DNA of 64,000 nucleotides from an uncultured Candidatus Saccharibacteria bacterium (GCA_938039975.1 CALHTM010000002.1:44541-108540); one strand, 5' to 3'. Shown: positions 38,344 through 48,007, numbered from the stretch's first letter. The notes: a model not told the origin generated them from the sequence alone. Translations and numbers: made by a program.

Positions 38344-39942
38344 TCAATAGACAGCCGCTCTAATCAATCCAGCAAACAGCGGATGCGGCCGCATTGGCCG
38401 CGAACGAAACTCGGGGTGCGCTTGCGTTGCGACAAAATAGCGGCAATTTAGCGCCTCGACAAATTCGACTAGCCGCCCGTCTGGCGACAAGCCCGACACC
38501 GCCACGCCGCCGCGGGCAATCTCATCTAGAAACTGCTGGTTCACCTCATATCGGTGGCGGTGGCGCTCCTCGGTGTGATCCGACTGATATACTTTGGAAG
38601 CAAGCGACCCTGGCGTGAATACTGCCGGATAATTGCCCAGCCGCAACGTACCGCCAGTCGATTCTTTGCCCTCTTGGCCAGGCATAATATACACCACATC
38701 GTGCGTCGTAGCATCATCAAACTCCGTGCTATTAGCATCGTCGAGCCCAGCTCGCCGCGCTGCCGCAATTACCGCTGTCTGCAAACCTAAGCAAATCCCC
38801 AAATACGGCACATCGCGCTCAAGCGCATACTGCGCTGCCGCAATCTTGCCTTCAATCCCGCGCGGGCCAAAGCCGCCTGGCACCAGCAGAGCATCAACCG
38901 TCTCGAAATCGCGCTCGGTAACTGTTTCGGCATTGAGCCACTTGATATGCAGACCAACATTTTCATGCCAAGCCGCACTCTTGAGCGCCTCGGTCACCGA
39001 TAGATAAGTATCCTTGTTTTCCATATATTTAGCGACTAAACCGACAGTCACGATATCGGTTGGCTTTTTGCTTTGCAATTGAGTTAACGCTTGCCATTTC
39101 GCGAGATTCGGCTGAGCAAAATTACCAGTGAACTTGTCGAGAATGGTCATCAATGGGCTAGCGGCTATCCGCTCGGGAATCATAAATACGGTATCGAGAT
39201 TTGGCAGCATCAGCACTCCCGGCAAATCAACGCCGCCGTACAAAGCAATTTTTTGAGCAACCGACTCAGGCGCTGGCTCGTCGCTGCGGACAACCACAAT
39301 CTCTGGCACAATACCAAAACCGCGCAAATCATTTAAGGCATTTTGCGCCGGCTTGCTCTTGAACTCCTTACTGGTATCAATAAACGGCACATAAACCACA
39401 TGCGCGTATAAGCAGCGCTCCTTGCCGATTTTGTGAGCAAATTCGCGGATCGCCTCGATGAAGCTTAACCCCTCGTAGTCGCCCACTGTACCGCCGATTT
39501 CTACGATGTGCACATCGCTGCCTTCGCCAGCCGCAATAATTGACTCTTGAATGGCGTGCGTTAAGTGCGGGATTAGTTGGACAGTTTTGCCGTGAAATTT
39601 ACCGGCGCGTTCATCGGCAATCAGCTCTGATAATAAGCGTCCCGCCAGCGTGGCGTTTTTCTGCGTCAACTCTATATCTAGAAACCGCTCGTAATGGCCA
39701 AGATCAAGGTCTGTTTCAGCACCATCGCGCGTCACGAAGCATTCGCCGTGCTCTGCCGGATTAAGCAAACCCGCATCCACATTGAGATACGGGTCGCATT
39801 TCTGAATTGAGACTTTGATACCTTTGGCCTGGAGAACCGCGCCGATGCTCGCAGCGGTAATTCCCTTCCCTACCCCCGAGAGAACGCCGCCAGTTACAAA
39901 GATATATTTTGTCTGTTTGCCCATGTATGATTGCTCTTTCAT
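38344..39942 (-). CDS. pyrG: CTP synthase (start may be 39924)
   Basis: YIFVTGGV.SGVGKG, ETDLDLGHYERF, GICLG, ERHRHRYE, QAHPEF. Confidence 0.98.
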   Translation of the reverse strand: MKEQSYMGKQTKYIFVTGGVLSGVGKGITAASIGAVLQAKGIKVSIQKCDPYLNVDAGLLNPAEHGECFVTRDGAETDLDLGHYERFLDIELTQKNATLAGRLLSELIADERAGKFHGKTVQLIPHLTHAIQESIIAAGEGSDVHIVEIGGTVGDYEGLSFIEAIREFAHKIGKERCLYAHVVYVPFIDTSKEFKSKPAQNALNDLRGFGIVPEIVVVRSDEPAPESVAQKIALYGGVDLPGVLMLPNLDTVFMIPERIAASPLMTILDKFTGNFAQPNLAKWQALTQLQSKKPTDIVTVGLVAKYMENKDTYLSVTEALKSAAWHENVGLHIKWLNAETVTERDFETVDALLVPGGFGPRGIEGKIAAAQYALERDVPYLGICLGLQTAVIAAARRAGLDDANSTEFDDATTHDVVYIMPGQEGKESTGGTLRLGNYPAVFTPGSLASKVYQSDHTEERHRHRYEVNQQFLDEIARGGVAVSGLSPDGRLVEFVEALNCRYFVATQAHPEFRSRPMRPHPLFAGLIRAAVY

Positions 39943-39973
39943 GGGCCCTTATTATAGCATAACCGCTTAGAGT

Positions 39974-39989
39974 ACGCTATATGTAGCGT
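39974..39989. promoter_or_regulatory. NrdR-box-like palindrome over the pyrG -35 region
   Basis: ACGCTATATGTAGCGT; first 12 nt identical to a site upstream of nrdA. Confidence 0.5.
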
Positions 39990-39991
39990 GT

Positions 39992-40165
39992 CTATTGGCA
40001 GCCCTCGCACATAGTTAGTGTTGCCGGATCAATTGGCGCTGATGGTACACCGTCAGCTTCAGCTTTTTGATCGGCTTCAGCTTGCGCTTTGGCTATTTCG
40101 CGATCAATTGCCTCGAGTTTTTCCTCGAGCGTCATGTCGTCGTTAATTATCGCTGATGGATTCAT
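39992..40165 (-). CDS. 57-aa acidic peptide ending in CEGCQ; putative stand-alone NrdA redox tail
   Basis: MNPSAIINDDMTLEEKLEAIDREIAKAQAEADQKAEADGVPSAPIDPATLTMCEGCQ; SD AAGGGGG; TTGAAT-N16-TATAAT promoter at 40190-40217. Confidence 0.8.
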   Translation of the reverse strand: MNPSAIINDDMTLEEKLEAIDREIAKAQAEADQKAEADGVPSAPIDPATLTMCEGCQ

Positions 40166-40229
40166 TATTTCCCCCTTTTGCTTATATTCATTATAGGCTA
40201 ATAAACTGCTTATTCAATTACTAAAACTA

Positions 40230-41228
40230 CTACTTTACAGTGTTAACTTCATAATTAGTATTGGTGCTTTCAAAGAAATTGACTAATTCAAGCGTATCGT
40301 TGGCCGCCGCCATCCACTTGGCTGGATTAGGTACGTTGTATTCTTTCTCGAAGCCTAATTCTTCTAAACGGCGGTCGGTCATAAACTTGACATACTGGTT
40401 CACATAATCCGCATTCAAGCCCAAGATACCCTTTGGCAGCATGTCTTTGTTGTAAGCCTCTTCAAGCGCTACCGCCTGCAAAATTAGATCGCGAATCTCG
40501 TCAGCGAATTCTTGCGTCTGCAAATCTGGATTCTCGTCAAGAATTGTCAACAGCAAGTTAATGCCGAAAGTTAAATGCAGATTTTCGTCCTTAGTAATCC
40601 AATCTAGCAAACTGCCAACATTACGCAGCAAATTACGCCGGCGAAAACTCATGCCAACCATAAAACCGCTATAAAACCAAATGCCTTCGAGTACAATATT
40701 ATAAGCCACCAGATTACGCACAAAATCTTTCTTGCCCTCGGTAGTAGTAACGTCCAGCTTATCATTCAACATGCGGCCGACATACTTAGTCTGGAAGTCA
40801 GACTTATCTTTCAAGCTTTTCTTGCCATAGCCGGCTGCATAAATTTCTTGGCGGTCAAACGGAAACGTTTCAATAATGTATTCAAAGGTCATAAAGTGGT
40901 TAGCTTCTTCCCACATCTGTTTCGATAAATACAAGTGCGCCTCGGCGGCATTGACGTATGGATAAATACCAAAAGCTAACGACTTATTAATAAGCAATTC
41001 GTTTGGGTTCAGATAACTGATTACCGTTTTCAGCGCATGTTTTTCGTCGTCGGTCAGCTTCTCGAACGCCGCCAAATCTTGCACTAGTTGTACTTCATTC
41101 GGGAACCAAGTGTTAGCAACTGCCTGATTATACAAATCCATCGCCCATTGGTAGCGTACTGGCTTGAGTTGCAAGCCGTCGCGCAGGCCTGATCCCAAAA
41201 TACCTTGCGGTTGTGTTGTTTGCGTCAT
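40230..41228 (-). CDS. nrdB: ribonucleotide reductase beta subunit, class Ic-like
   Basis: NTWFP, EEANH, LEGIWFYSGF, DENLH, NFFE....Y. Confidence 0.95.
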   Translation of the reverse strand: MTQTTQPQGILGSGLRDGLQLKPVRYQWAMDLYNQAVANTWFPNEVQLVQDLAAFEKLTDDEKHALKTVISYLNPNELLINKSLAFGIYPYVNAAEAHLYLSKQMWEEANHFMTFEYIIETFPFDRQEIYAAGYGKKSLKDKSDFQTKYVGRMLNDKLDVTTTEGKKDFVRNLVAYNIVLEGIWFYSGFMVGMSFRRRNLLRNVGSLLDWITKDENLHLTFGINLLLTILDENPDLQTQEFADEIRDLILQAVALEEAYNKDMLPKGILGLNADYVNQYVKFMTDRRLEELGFEKEYNVPNPAKWMAAANDTLELVNFFESTNTNYEVNTVK

Positions 41229-41261
41229 ATTTCCTCCTTATTATTGTGATTTTAGCAACGT

Positions 41262-43670
41262 TTATGATCGTTTGCGTCGAGCAAAGCCGAAACCGCTTAC
41301 CCTTTTCGCGCTGTCGGTACGAACTTTTTGTACCGATTGCGATGTGACGGTGGTTTGCTCGGATTGATGGCGCGGCTTGACATGCAGATAATATGTCGTT
41401 TTCAAACCGCGGCGCCATGCTTCTGAATAGATTTCGATATATTCATCAATATCGCGTGATTCTAGGTACATATTGCGGCTAATCGCCTGGTCAACCCATT
41501 TTTGCGCTCGCGCCGCCACCTCGATAAAAGCGTACGGGCTCAGCTGAAAACTAGTTTTGTAGACGTCGCGGACTGCCTGCGGAATTTGCTCGAAACCTTG
41601 AATATCGCCCTGATTCGCCAACAAGTCGTCTTTGAGCGATTCCCACAGATTAAGTTGTTTGAGTTTACGCACCAAATTAGCATTAACCTCTAGGAATTTG
41701 CCGTTGAGCGTACTGCGGCTAAAGATTTGGCTAAATTGCGGGTCAAGTCCCGGCGTCGTACCTGCCACATGCGAGATATTAGCTGTCGGCGCGATCGCCA
41801 TCAAAGTTGCGTTACGCATACCTTTTTTGACTTTTTGGCGCAGCGCTTCCCAATCCAAGCGCGATTTACTATCAATTTTTACCTTAACGCCGCGCTCTGT
41901 TGTAAGTTTATCAACGGTATCGATAGGCAGTAAGCCCTTGCTCCAACCGCTGCCAGCAAAGTTCGGATAGCTGCCGCGCTCAGCTGCGAGGTTAGCCGAT
42001 TCATCAATGGCATGGTAGCTGATAAATTCAGTTAACTGGTCAACCAGATCGTAGGCAGCCTCGCTTTCGTAACTAATCTCTAGCTTCTCCAAAACATCCG
42101 ATAACCCCATATAGCCGAGCCCCAGCGCCCGATTATGCTCATTACTATACATAGCTTCGGTAACTGGCGTTTTCGTGATATCAATCAAGTTATCCAACTG
42201 GCGCGTGGCGGAGCGCACTGATACCGCCAAACAATCCCAATCCCAAGTCTTATCAGCGTTGAGAAAAGCCGACAAATTCATACTAACCAGATTACAGGTC
42301 GCAATATTATTTTCGTCCTCGGGCAAAGTTATTTCGGTGCACAAATTACTGAGGTGGATTGTCCCGGTGTTATTGTTGAGCGCCCGCAAATTGATGGCAT
42401 CCTTCCAGGTTAACCAAGGGTGTCCAGTCGCTTGTAGACTACTGAGAATCTGGCGGAATTGTTGGCGGGCTGGCACGACTTCGAAGCGGTTAATTTTACC
42501 GGCTTCTGCTAGTTTGATGTATTCCTGGTAGCGGCGACTGAACGCTTCACCGTATAGTTCATTTAAGTCGCTAACTTCAGCTGGATCAAACAGATACCAA
42601 TCCTGCCCGTCTTGCACGCGCTTCATAAACTCATCCGAAATAAACACCGCTGTATCTAGAAATCGCGTCCGCAAGTACGGATCGCCTGAATTCTGGCGCA
42701 AATCAAGGAATTGCGGAAAATTAAGATGCCAGTTCTCCATATACGCCGCTGCTGCACCCGCTTTCTTACCCTTACGCGATACTGCAAACAGCGCCGTATC
42801 AATCATTTTCATGAACGGAATCGGACCAGTTGACTCGGTATTGGTGGTTTTGACAGGACTGCCGGCGGCTCGCAGCTTATTCATACTAATACCGATACCG
42901 CCAGTACCTTTAGCGATGAACATAGTGTCGCGAATACTTTTGGCTATCGAAGCCATGTCGTCTTGAACCTCCATGACAAAACAGTTGCTTAGCTGCGGAA
43001 ACGAACCGCCAGCGTTAACCCGCGTACTGCCGCCCGGACTATATTCCAGATTAGCCATGTGGCGGTAAAATTTTATCGCCGCCTCGGTCGGATTGACTTC
43101 GTTAAAACTCAAACCCATAGCAATACGCATGTTAGTGAATTGCGGCACCTCGATCGGATCGCCGCTTTGGCGCCGCAGCGCGTAACGATTGCGGTTGGTA
43201 ACTACGCCGAGATATTTGCTAAGTGAATCCTTGCTCGGATCAAGCGCCGCCGCCAGCTTTTTGAGGTTAAATAGCTGCGAATCAGCCATTCGCTTATCTA
43301 GTAGACCCTCTTTAGCGGCTTGGCGAATATAGATAGGGAACTTTTGCGCGTGTAGCTTTTTAAGCTCGATTTCGTTAGTATAATCGCCGAGCACTTGCTG
43401 GTAGATAGTTCGCAGCAGCAATCGCGCCGCAATTGTGTCAAAGTCCGGGTCGTCTTTGACATTTTGAACTGCCGTCTGGATAAGCGCTTCATCAAGTTGC
43501 TCGGTAGTAATGCCGTCAAACAGCGTCAACTGCAATTCGGCCGCTATTTGCGCTACCTTCGCAATTTGATTTGGCAAACCTTCGCTAGCTGCCAGCAGAG
43601 TTAAATTAATTTTGTTAGCGTCAAACGGCTGCTGGCTACCGTCGCGCTTCACAACTGTAATATCTGCCAT
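41262..43670 (-). CDS. nrdA: ribonucleotide reductase alpha subunit with ATP-cone, no C-terminal Cys
   Basis: VVKRDG ATP-cone, LSNCF, SNLCTEI, ATCNL, IAPTA, KTTYYL. Confidence 0.97.
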   Translation of the reverse strand: MADITVVKRDGSQQPFDANKINLTLLAASEGLPNQIAKVAQIAAELQLTLFDGITTEQLDEALIQTAVQNVKDDPDFDTIAARLLLRTIYQQVLGDYTNEIELKKLHAQKFPIYIRQAAKEGLLDKRMADSQLFNLKKLAAALDPSKDSLSKYLGVVTNRNRYALRRQSGDPIEVPQFTNMRIAMGLSFNEVNPTEAAIKFYRHMANLEYSPGGSTRVNAGGSFPQLSNCFVMEVQDDMASIAKSIRDTMFIAKGTGGIGISMNKLRAAGSPVKTTNTESTGPIPFMKMIDTALFAVSRKGKKAGAAAAYMENWHLNFPQFLDLRQNSGDPYLRTRFLDTAVFISDEFMKRVQDGQDWYLFDPAEVSDLNELYGEAFSRRYQEYIKLAEAGKINRFEVVPARQQFRQILSSLQATGHPWLTWKDAINLRALNNNTGTIHLSNLCTEITLPEDENNIATCNLVSMNLSAFLNADKTWDWDCLAVSVRSATRQLDNLIDITKTPVTEAMYSNEHNRALGLGYMGLSDVLEKLEISYESEAAYDLVDQLTEFISYHAIDESANLAAERGSYPNFAGSGWSKGLLPIDTVDKLTTERGVKVKIDSKSRLDWEALRQKVKKGMRNATLMAIAPTANISHVAGTTPGLDPQFSQIFSRSTLNGKFLEVNANLVRKLKQLNLWESLKDDLLANQGDIQGFEQIPQAVRDVYKTSFQLSPYAFIEVAARAQKWVDQAISRNMYLESRDIDEYIEIYSEAWRRGLKTTYYLHVKPRHQSEQTTVTSQSVQKVRTDSAKRVSGFGFARRKRS

Positions 43671-43777
43671 CGTTTCCTTTCTTATTTTTAGCTGCTATTT
43701 TTGAGCGCAAAAAACTAGCTAGACCATCTAGGTCTGTTTTGCGCAATTTATTTGCATATTTGTCTATTTTACTAAAC

Positions 43778-43826
43778 ACTATACATATAGCGTCTGTATA
43801 TCAAGCATAAACGCTAAATATGGATT
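43778..43826. promoter_or_regulatory. tandem NrdR-box-like sites upstream of nrdA
   Basis: ACTATACATATAGCGT (43778-43793) and ACGCTAAATATGGATT (43811-43826), about three helical turns apart. Confidence 0.55.
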
Positions 43827-43886
43827 TTTCAAGCATTTTTGCTAGTAATTTTCACAACTGGTTTGGCCCATGCTATCATGGAAAAT

Positions 43887-44627
43887 ATGGAACCTATTAT
43901 TTCTATTACTCATTTTAAGATGCGTTTCGGCAAGACCGAAGTCATCAAAGACTTAAGTTTTGAGGTCAAACGCGGCGAAACATTTGGTTTTCTCGGCAGC
44001 AACGGCTCAGGCAAAACCACCACCATTCGCGCCCTACTCGGCATTTACCAGCCAACTGCTGGCGAACTGCTAGTCGGTGGCAAACCCTATTCGGTATCAA
44101 GCGGTATCAAACTGGGTTATCTACCCGAAGAGCGCGGCCTTTACAAAAAAGAGCCGGTTATCGACATCATGACTTATTTCGGCCAGCTCAAAGGCATGAG
44201 CCGCCTCGACGCTCGGCAAAAATCGCTTGATTTTTTGAAGCGCGTTGACCTGCTCGACAAAGCCAAAACTCGCCTCGATAAGCTCTCGGGTGGCCAGCAA
44301 CAAAAAGTCCAACTCGGTATCACAGTCATCGATAACCCAGAACTGCTAATCCTCGACGAGCCAACCAAAGGATTTGACCCGGTTAATCGCCGGCTACTGA
44401 TGGAAATCATCGAAGAACACCAGGCCAAAGGCGCCACTGTTATCATGATTACTCACCAGATGGAAGAAGTTGAGCGCCTATGCGACCGGATACTGCTACT
44501 CAAAGATGGGACGGCGCATGCTTACGGCACCGTCGCTAATGTTCGCAAGCAATTTGGCGGCAAGTCGCTCGATGATATTTTTGTTCAAGTCTACAGCCGC
44601 AACAACGAGGAGAAGCAACATGCATAA
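43887..44627 (+). CDS. ABC transporter ATP-binding protein (ABC-2 type)
   Basis: GSNGSGKTT, LSGGQ, ILDEP, H-loop. Confidence 0.95.
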   Translation: MEPIISITHFKMRFGKTEVIKDLSFEVKRGETFGFLGSNGSGKTTTIRALLGIYQPTAGELLVGGKPYSVSSGIKLGYLPEERGLYKKEPVIDIMTYFGQLKGMSRLDARQKSLDFLKRVDLLDKAKTRLDKLSGGQQQKVQLGITVIDNPELLILDEPTKGFDPVNRRLLMEIIEEHQAKGATVIMITHQMEEVERLCDRILLLKDGTAHAYGTVANVRKQFGGKSLDDIFVQVYSRNNEEKQHA

Positions 44628-45834
44628 TTTATCAACTGTCATTCGTTTCGAGGTCGTTCGTGCCCTCAAGAAAAAATCATTCTGGATTCTAGCAATTAGC
44701 TTTCCACTGATGTTTGCGGCAATTTTCGGGATGGTCTTTTTGTCCAATCAAGCTACCAACGACGCTGCCGAAAAGCTCAAAAACCAGTCGTTCAGCATTG
44801 CTATTACCGACGAATCAAAGATGGTCAAACCGCAGCTAATCGCCGCCTCGAAAGCCACCGAAATTAATCCCAGCGACAAGCAAAACGCTATTGACCGCGT
44901 CAAAAACGGCCAGCTTGATGCATACATCTACTATCCAAAGAATCTCGACCAGCAATCAATCGAAGTTTACGGTAAAGATGTCGGTATTTTTGACAACGGC
45001 CGCTACGGCAGCCTGGCTAGCAGTCTATTAGCCACCTCTGTTCGGTCAGACGTTAATCCGGCTATTCAAAAAATTATCCAAGGCAAAATCAACTCAACCA
45101 GCACTATTTACCGCGATGGCAAAATCCACGACAGCGTCCAAGAGATGATTCTGCCGGGTATCTTTTTGATCCTCTTTTATTTCCTAATCACTTTCTTTGG
45201 CAATCAAATGCTGACCAGCACCACCGAAGAAAAAGAAAATCGCGTTATCGAAATGATTCTCACTACTATCGAAGCGCGAACTTTAATCGTCGGCAAAATT
45301 ATCTCGCTAATAATTCTGGCAATAGTTCAAGGTTTGCTGGTGGTCTTGCCGGTGCTTATTGGCTACTTGTTTTTCCACGACCAGCTCAAGCTACCATCAG
45401 TTGACCTCAGCAGCTTGCCAATCGACCCGCTGCGTATCGGCATCGGCTTTCTAGCCTTTGCTAGCAGCTTCATGATGTTTACCGGCCTGCTAGTAGCTAT
45501 CGGCGCCGCCGTGCCGACCGCCAAAGAAGCTGGCAGCTTTTTCGGCGTAGTAATGATCTTACTATTCGGCCCGCTTTATGCCGTTTCAATGTTTATATCA
45601 ATGCCAGACGCACCGCTAGTAAAATTCTTGTCGCTCTTCCCGCTGACATCGCCAATCCCGCTGATGCTGCGCAATGCCGCCGGCAATCTAGGAATCAGCG
45701 AAGCAGTAATCGGTATCGCCCTGCTGGCCGTTTCTGCCGCTATCATCATTGCCATCGCCGTACGCATCTTCCGCTTTGGCGCGCTCGAATACAACCGCAA
45801 ACTCAGCGCCAAAGAAATCTTCGCCCGCAAGTAA
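44620..45834 (+). CDS. ABC-2 type permease (NatB-like)
   Basis: EEKENRVIEMILT, GKI motif, about 6 TM helices; start placed at ATG 44620. Confidence 0.92.
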   Translation: MHNLSTVIRFEVVRALKKKSFWILAISFPLMFAAIFGMVFLSNQATNDAAEKLKNQSFSIAITDESKMVKPQLIAASKATEINPSDKQNAIDRVKNGQLDAYIYYPKNLDQQSIEVYGKDVGIFDNGRYGSLASSLLATSVRSDVNPAIQKIIQGKINSTSTIYRDGKIHDSVQEMILPGIFLILFYFLITFFGNQMLTSTTEEKENRVIEMILTTIEARTLIVGKIISLIILAIVQGLLVVLPVLIGYLFFHDQLKLPSVDLSSLPIDPLRIGIGFLAFASSFMMFTGLLVAIGAAVPTAKEAGSFFGVVMILLFGPLYAVSMFISMPDAPLVKFLSLFPLTSPIPLMLRNAAGNLGISEAVIGIALLAVSAAIIIAIAVRIFRFGALEYNRKLSAKEIFARK

Positions 45835-45942
45835 TACTCGCCGCTTATTAAGCAGACTATTGCCAAAATTCTCTTTACGTTGTAAAGGAGCGAAGTTGTA
45901 GTAACCGCTGTGACTTCGCTACTTTACAGAGAGGATGACACC

Positions 45943-47048
45943 ATGTCTCGTCAGCGAGACGCTAAGCTTGACCGTTTGCGGTCAGCTCCGAGTCTGCCCG
46001 CCAGCGACAGCAGGCAGCCTGGCAGGCTCAGCAGGTCGCTTGGCAGCGCCGCTCCTCGGCTCGTGCGGTCATGAACCGTGCCTACGAAGTCAAGTAGGCC
46101 GCCTGCGCGGATCAGCAGGCAGCCTGGGAAACTTATACGTCTGTCAAGCGGGCCAACGGCCCGCGAATCGACAGCTTGAATGCTCAGCAAGAGCGGGCGT
46201 ATCAGAACATGAAGTCGGCTTTCGAGTCGGCTTCGTTGGCTCACGATATGCACGACGGCGCTAGCGCACGTATGTACGCAGATCAGGGACATGCTTACAA
46301 AGCAGAGTCTCAGACCTGTGTTGCCGAACGGAGGCAGCTCGTCGCGGGAATTCGCACCGCACGCGAGCGGTTCGATGCCGTCAAGCCAGCTTTCCAAGCG
46401 GCTAAGAGCGAGTTTGCCTGCGCACGGCAGGCATTTCAGTCTGCCAAGGCAGAGCACGAACGAGCGCAGAAGGACTTCAAACGTGCCAAGACCGAATTTG
46501 ACTCATGCGCCAAGGCCTTTCAGGCTAGGCTTAATGAGCTCAAAGCAATGAACCGAAAGCGGCGTGAAGACAAAAAGTCGATCGCCGCAAAGGCTAGAGT
46601 TCCGCTTCAGTACCAGGACAACGTCTAGATCTCGACAGATTCAGACGGCAACACCAACATCTACTTCGGTGGTGTTGGCAAGCCTGACGGGCCCGGCCAC
46701 GGACACTACGTCATGGATCCGGGCGGAAACGTGACGTATAGGCGCGATCCGTTTGACCCGCATGGTGCGCAGAACTTCGAGCCTGGCGGAACACTGTATG
46801 ACCGCCGCGCCCGGAGAGATACGCCGCCACTCGGTGTACGAAACCGCGACAACGACACCAATGATCGCAGTGGAGTGTTCTACGATAGGAGTCGTCAGAT
46901 AGACCTGCATGTGACGCAGTACTATGGAGATAACTATCGCGTCTCGTGGGATACTGACGGAAACTCTGACAGGAGTTATCACTGGACAGACCAAAACCTT
47001 CCGTCTAGCCATCCCCGCAGCCATGTTCCGCCCGAAGATGCTCGGTAG
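45943..47048 (+). pseudogene. disrupted coiled-coil protein gene with Gly/His/Asp-rich C-domain
   Basis: Frameshift near 45988 and in-frame TAG at 46095 and 46626; ORFs 46176-46628 and 46713-47048 share a frame and the gap is open. Confidence 0.75.
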
Positions 47049-47065
47049 ATAGAAAGGAAACGACC

Positions 47066-47105
47066 GTCCCAGACTAATACTTATGTTATTAGTCTGGGAC
47101 TTTTT
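47066..47105 (+). terminator. intrinsic terminator
   Basis: GTCCCAGACTAATA-N7-TATTAGTCTGGGAC-TTTTT. Confidence 0.85.
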
Positions 47106-47126
47106 CATGTTATATAATTATAAAAT

Positions 47127-47720
47127 ATGAATAACGGCGAGAATCAATACCCTCAAATGACCTACAAACAAGCAGTTGAATACTGCAAATACTGGGCGGA
47201 CAAAATTAGGTATAAAGGACTTGATTTATTAACTACTGATTACAGTGAAGTTATTGGAATTTCTTATCAGTTAGCTTATGCGCTATATATGCAGACTTGG
47301 ATTGATCCGCAAAAATATTATCATTTGTATCGAGTTCGTACATATGCTATAGACATTGACTATAATAATTACACCGACAGAGCTTCGTGGGAAAAGTTAT
47401 TGGAACTAATTGATGATCTGCCAGAAGAATACGGTAAAAATAATCAATACCCTCAAATGACCTACAAACAAGCAGTCAAGCATTGCAAATATTGGGCAGA
47501 TCAAATTAGGCATGATGGGCTTGACCTATTGACCACTGATTATGGTGCGGCTATTGGAGTTTCTGATCAGTTAGCTTATCCACTAGATATGCAGGAGTGG
47601 ATCTCAGCCCCAAGATATCCAGATATTTATGCAATACGATACTATGCTGGCGTTGTCGATCGCGACCACACCGACAGAGCCTCGTGGGAAAAGTTACTCG
47701 AGCTAATTGATAAATTATAA
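47127..47720 (+). CDS. hypothetical protein made of two tandem ~95-aa domains
   Basis: NQYPQMTYKQAV...TDRASWEKLLELID occurs twice, 300-bp period, AT-rich. Confidence 0.8.
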   Translation: MNNGENQYPQMTYKQAVEYCKYWADKIRYKGLDLLTTDYSEVIGISYQLAYALYMQTWIDPQKYYHLYRVRTYAIDIDYNNYTDRASWEKLLELIDDLPEEYGKNNQYPQMTYKQAVKHCKYWADQIRHDGLDLLTTDYGAAIGVSDQLAYPLDMQEWISAPRYPDIYAIRYYAGVVDRDHTDRASWEKLLELIDKL

Positions 47721-47875
47721 GGCCAAAATATTATACGTTCCGCATACGCAGCGCGATATGTATGATCTGCAACAAAATAGACGATACTAACACGATTAAA
47801 TGTCTCAATATTTGTAAGCAGTCAATCTAGAAATTTATTCCAAGAGCATGATAGCTTAAAAGTTAGCGTCATCCT

Positions 47876-47965
<90 letters not shown>

Positions 47966-48007
47966 TTGCATAGGTAATTATACCCTACGCTGCTCATTTT
48001 TGCTAAT

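Noticed and set aside
41128..41418. Frameshift restoring a Cys tail on NrdA
   Set aside because: The alternative-frame ORF has no terminal Cys pair and runs into nrdB; treated as a shadow ORF
45943..47048. TAG recoding or read-through
   Set aside because: A frameshift is also present, and ordinary genes here (pheA, pyrH, nrdB) end in TAG
47142..47717. Template/variable repeat pair of a diversity-generating retroelement
   Set aside because: Differences include many synonymous C/T changes and are not adenine-specific; no reverse transcriptase in the window
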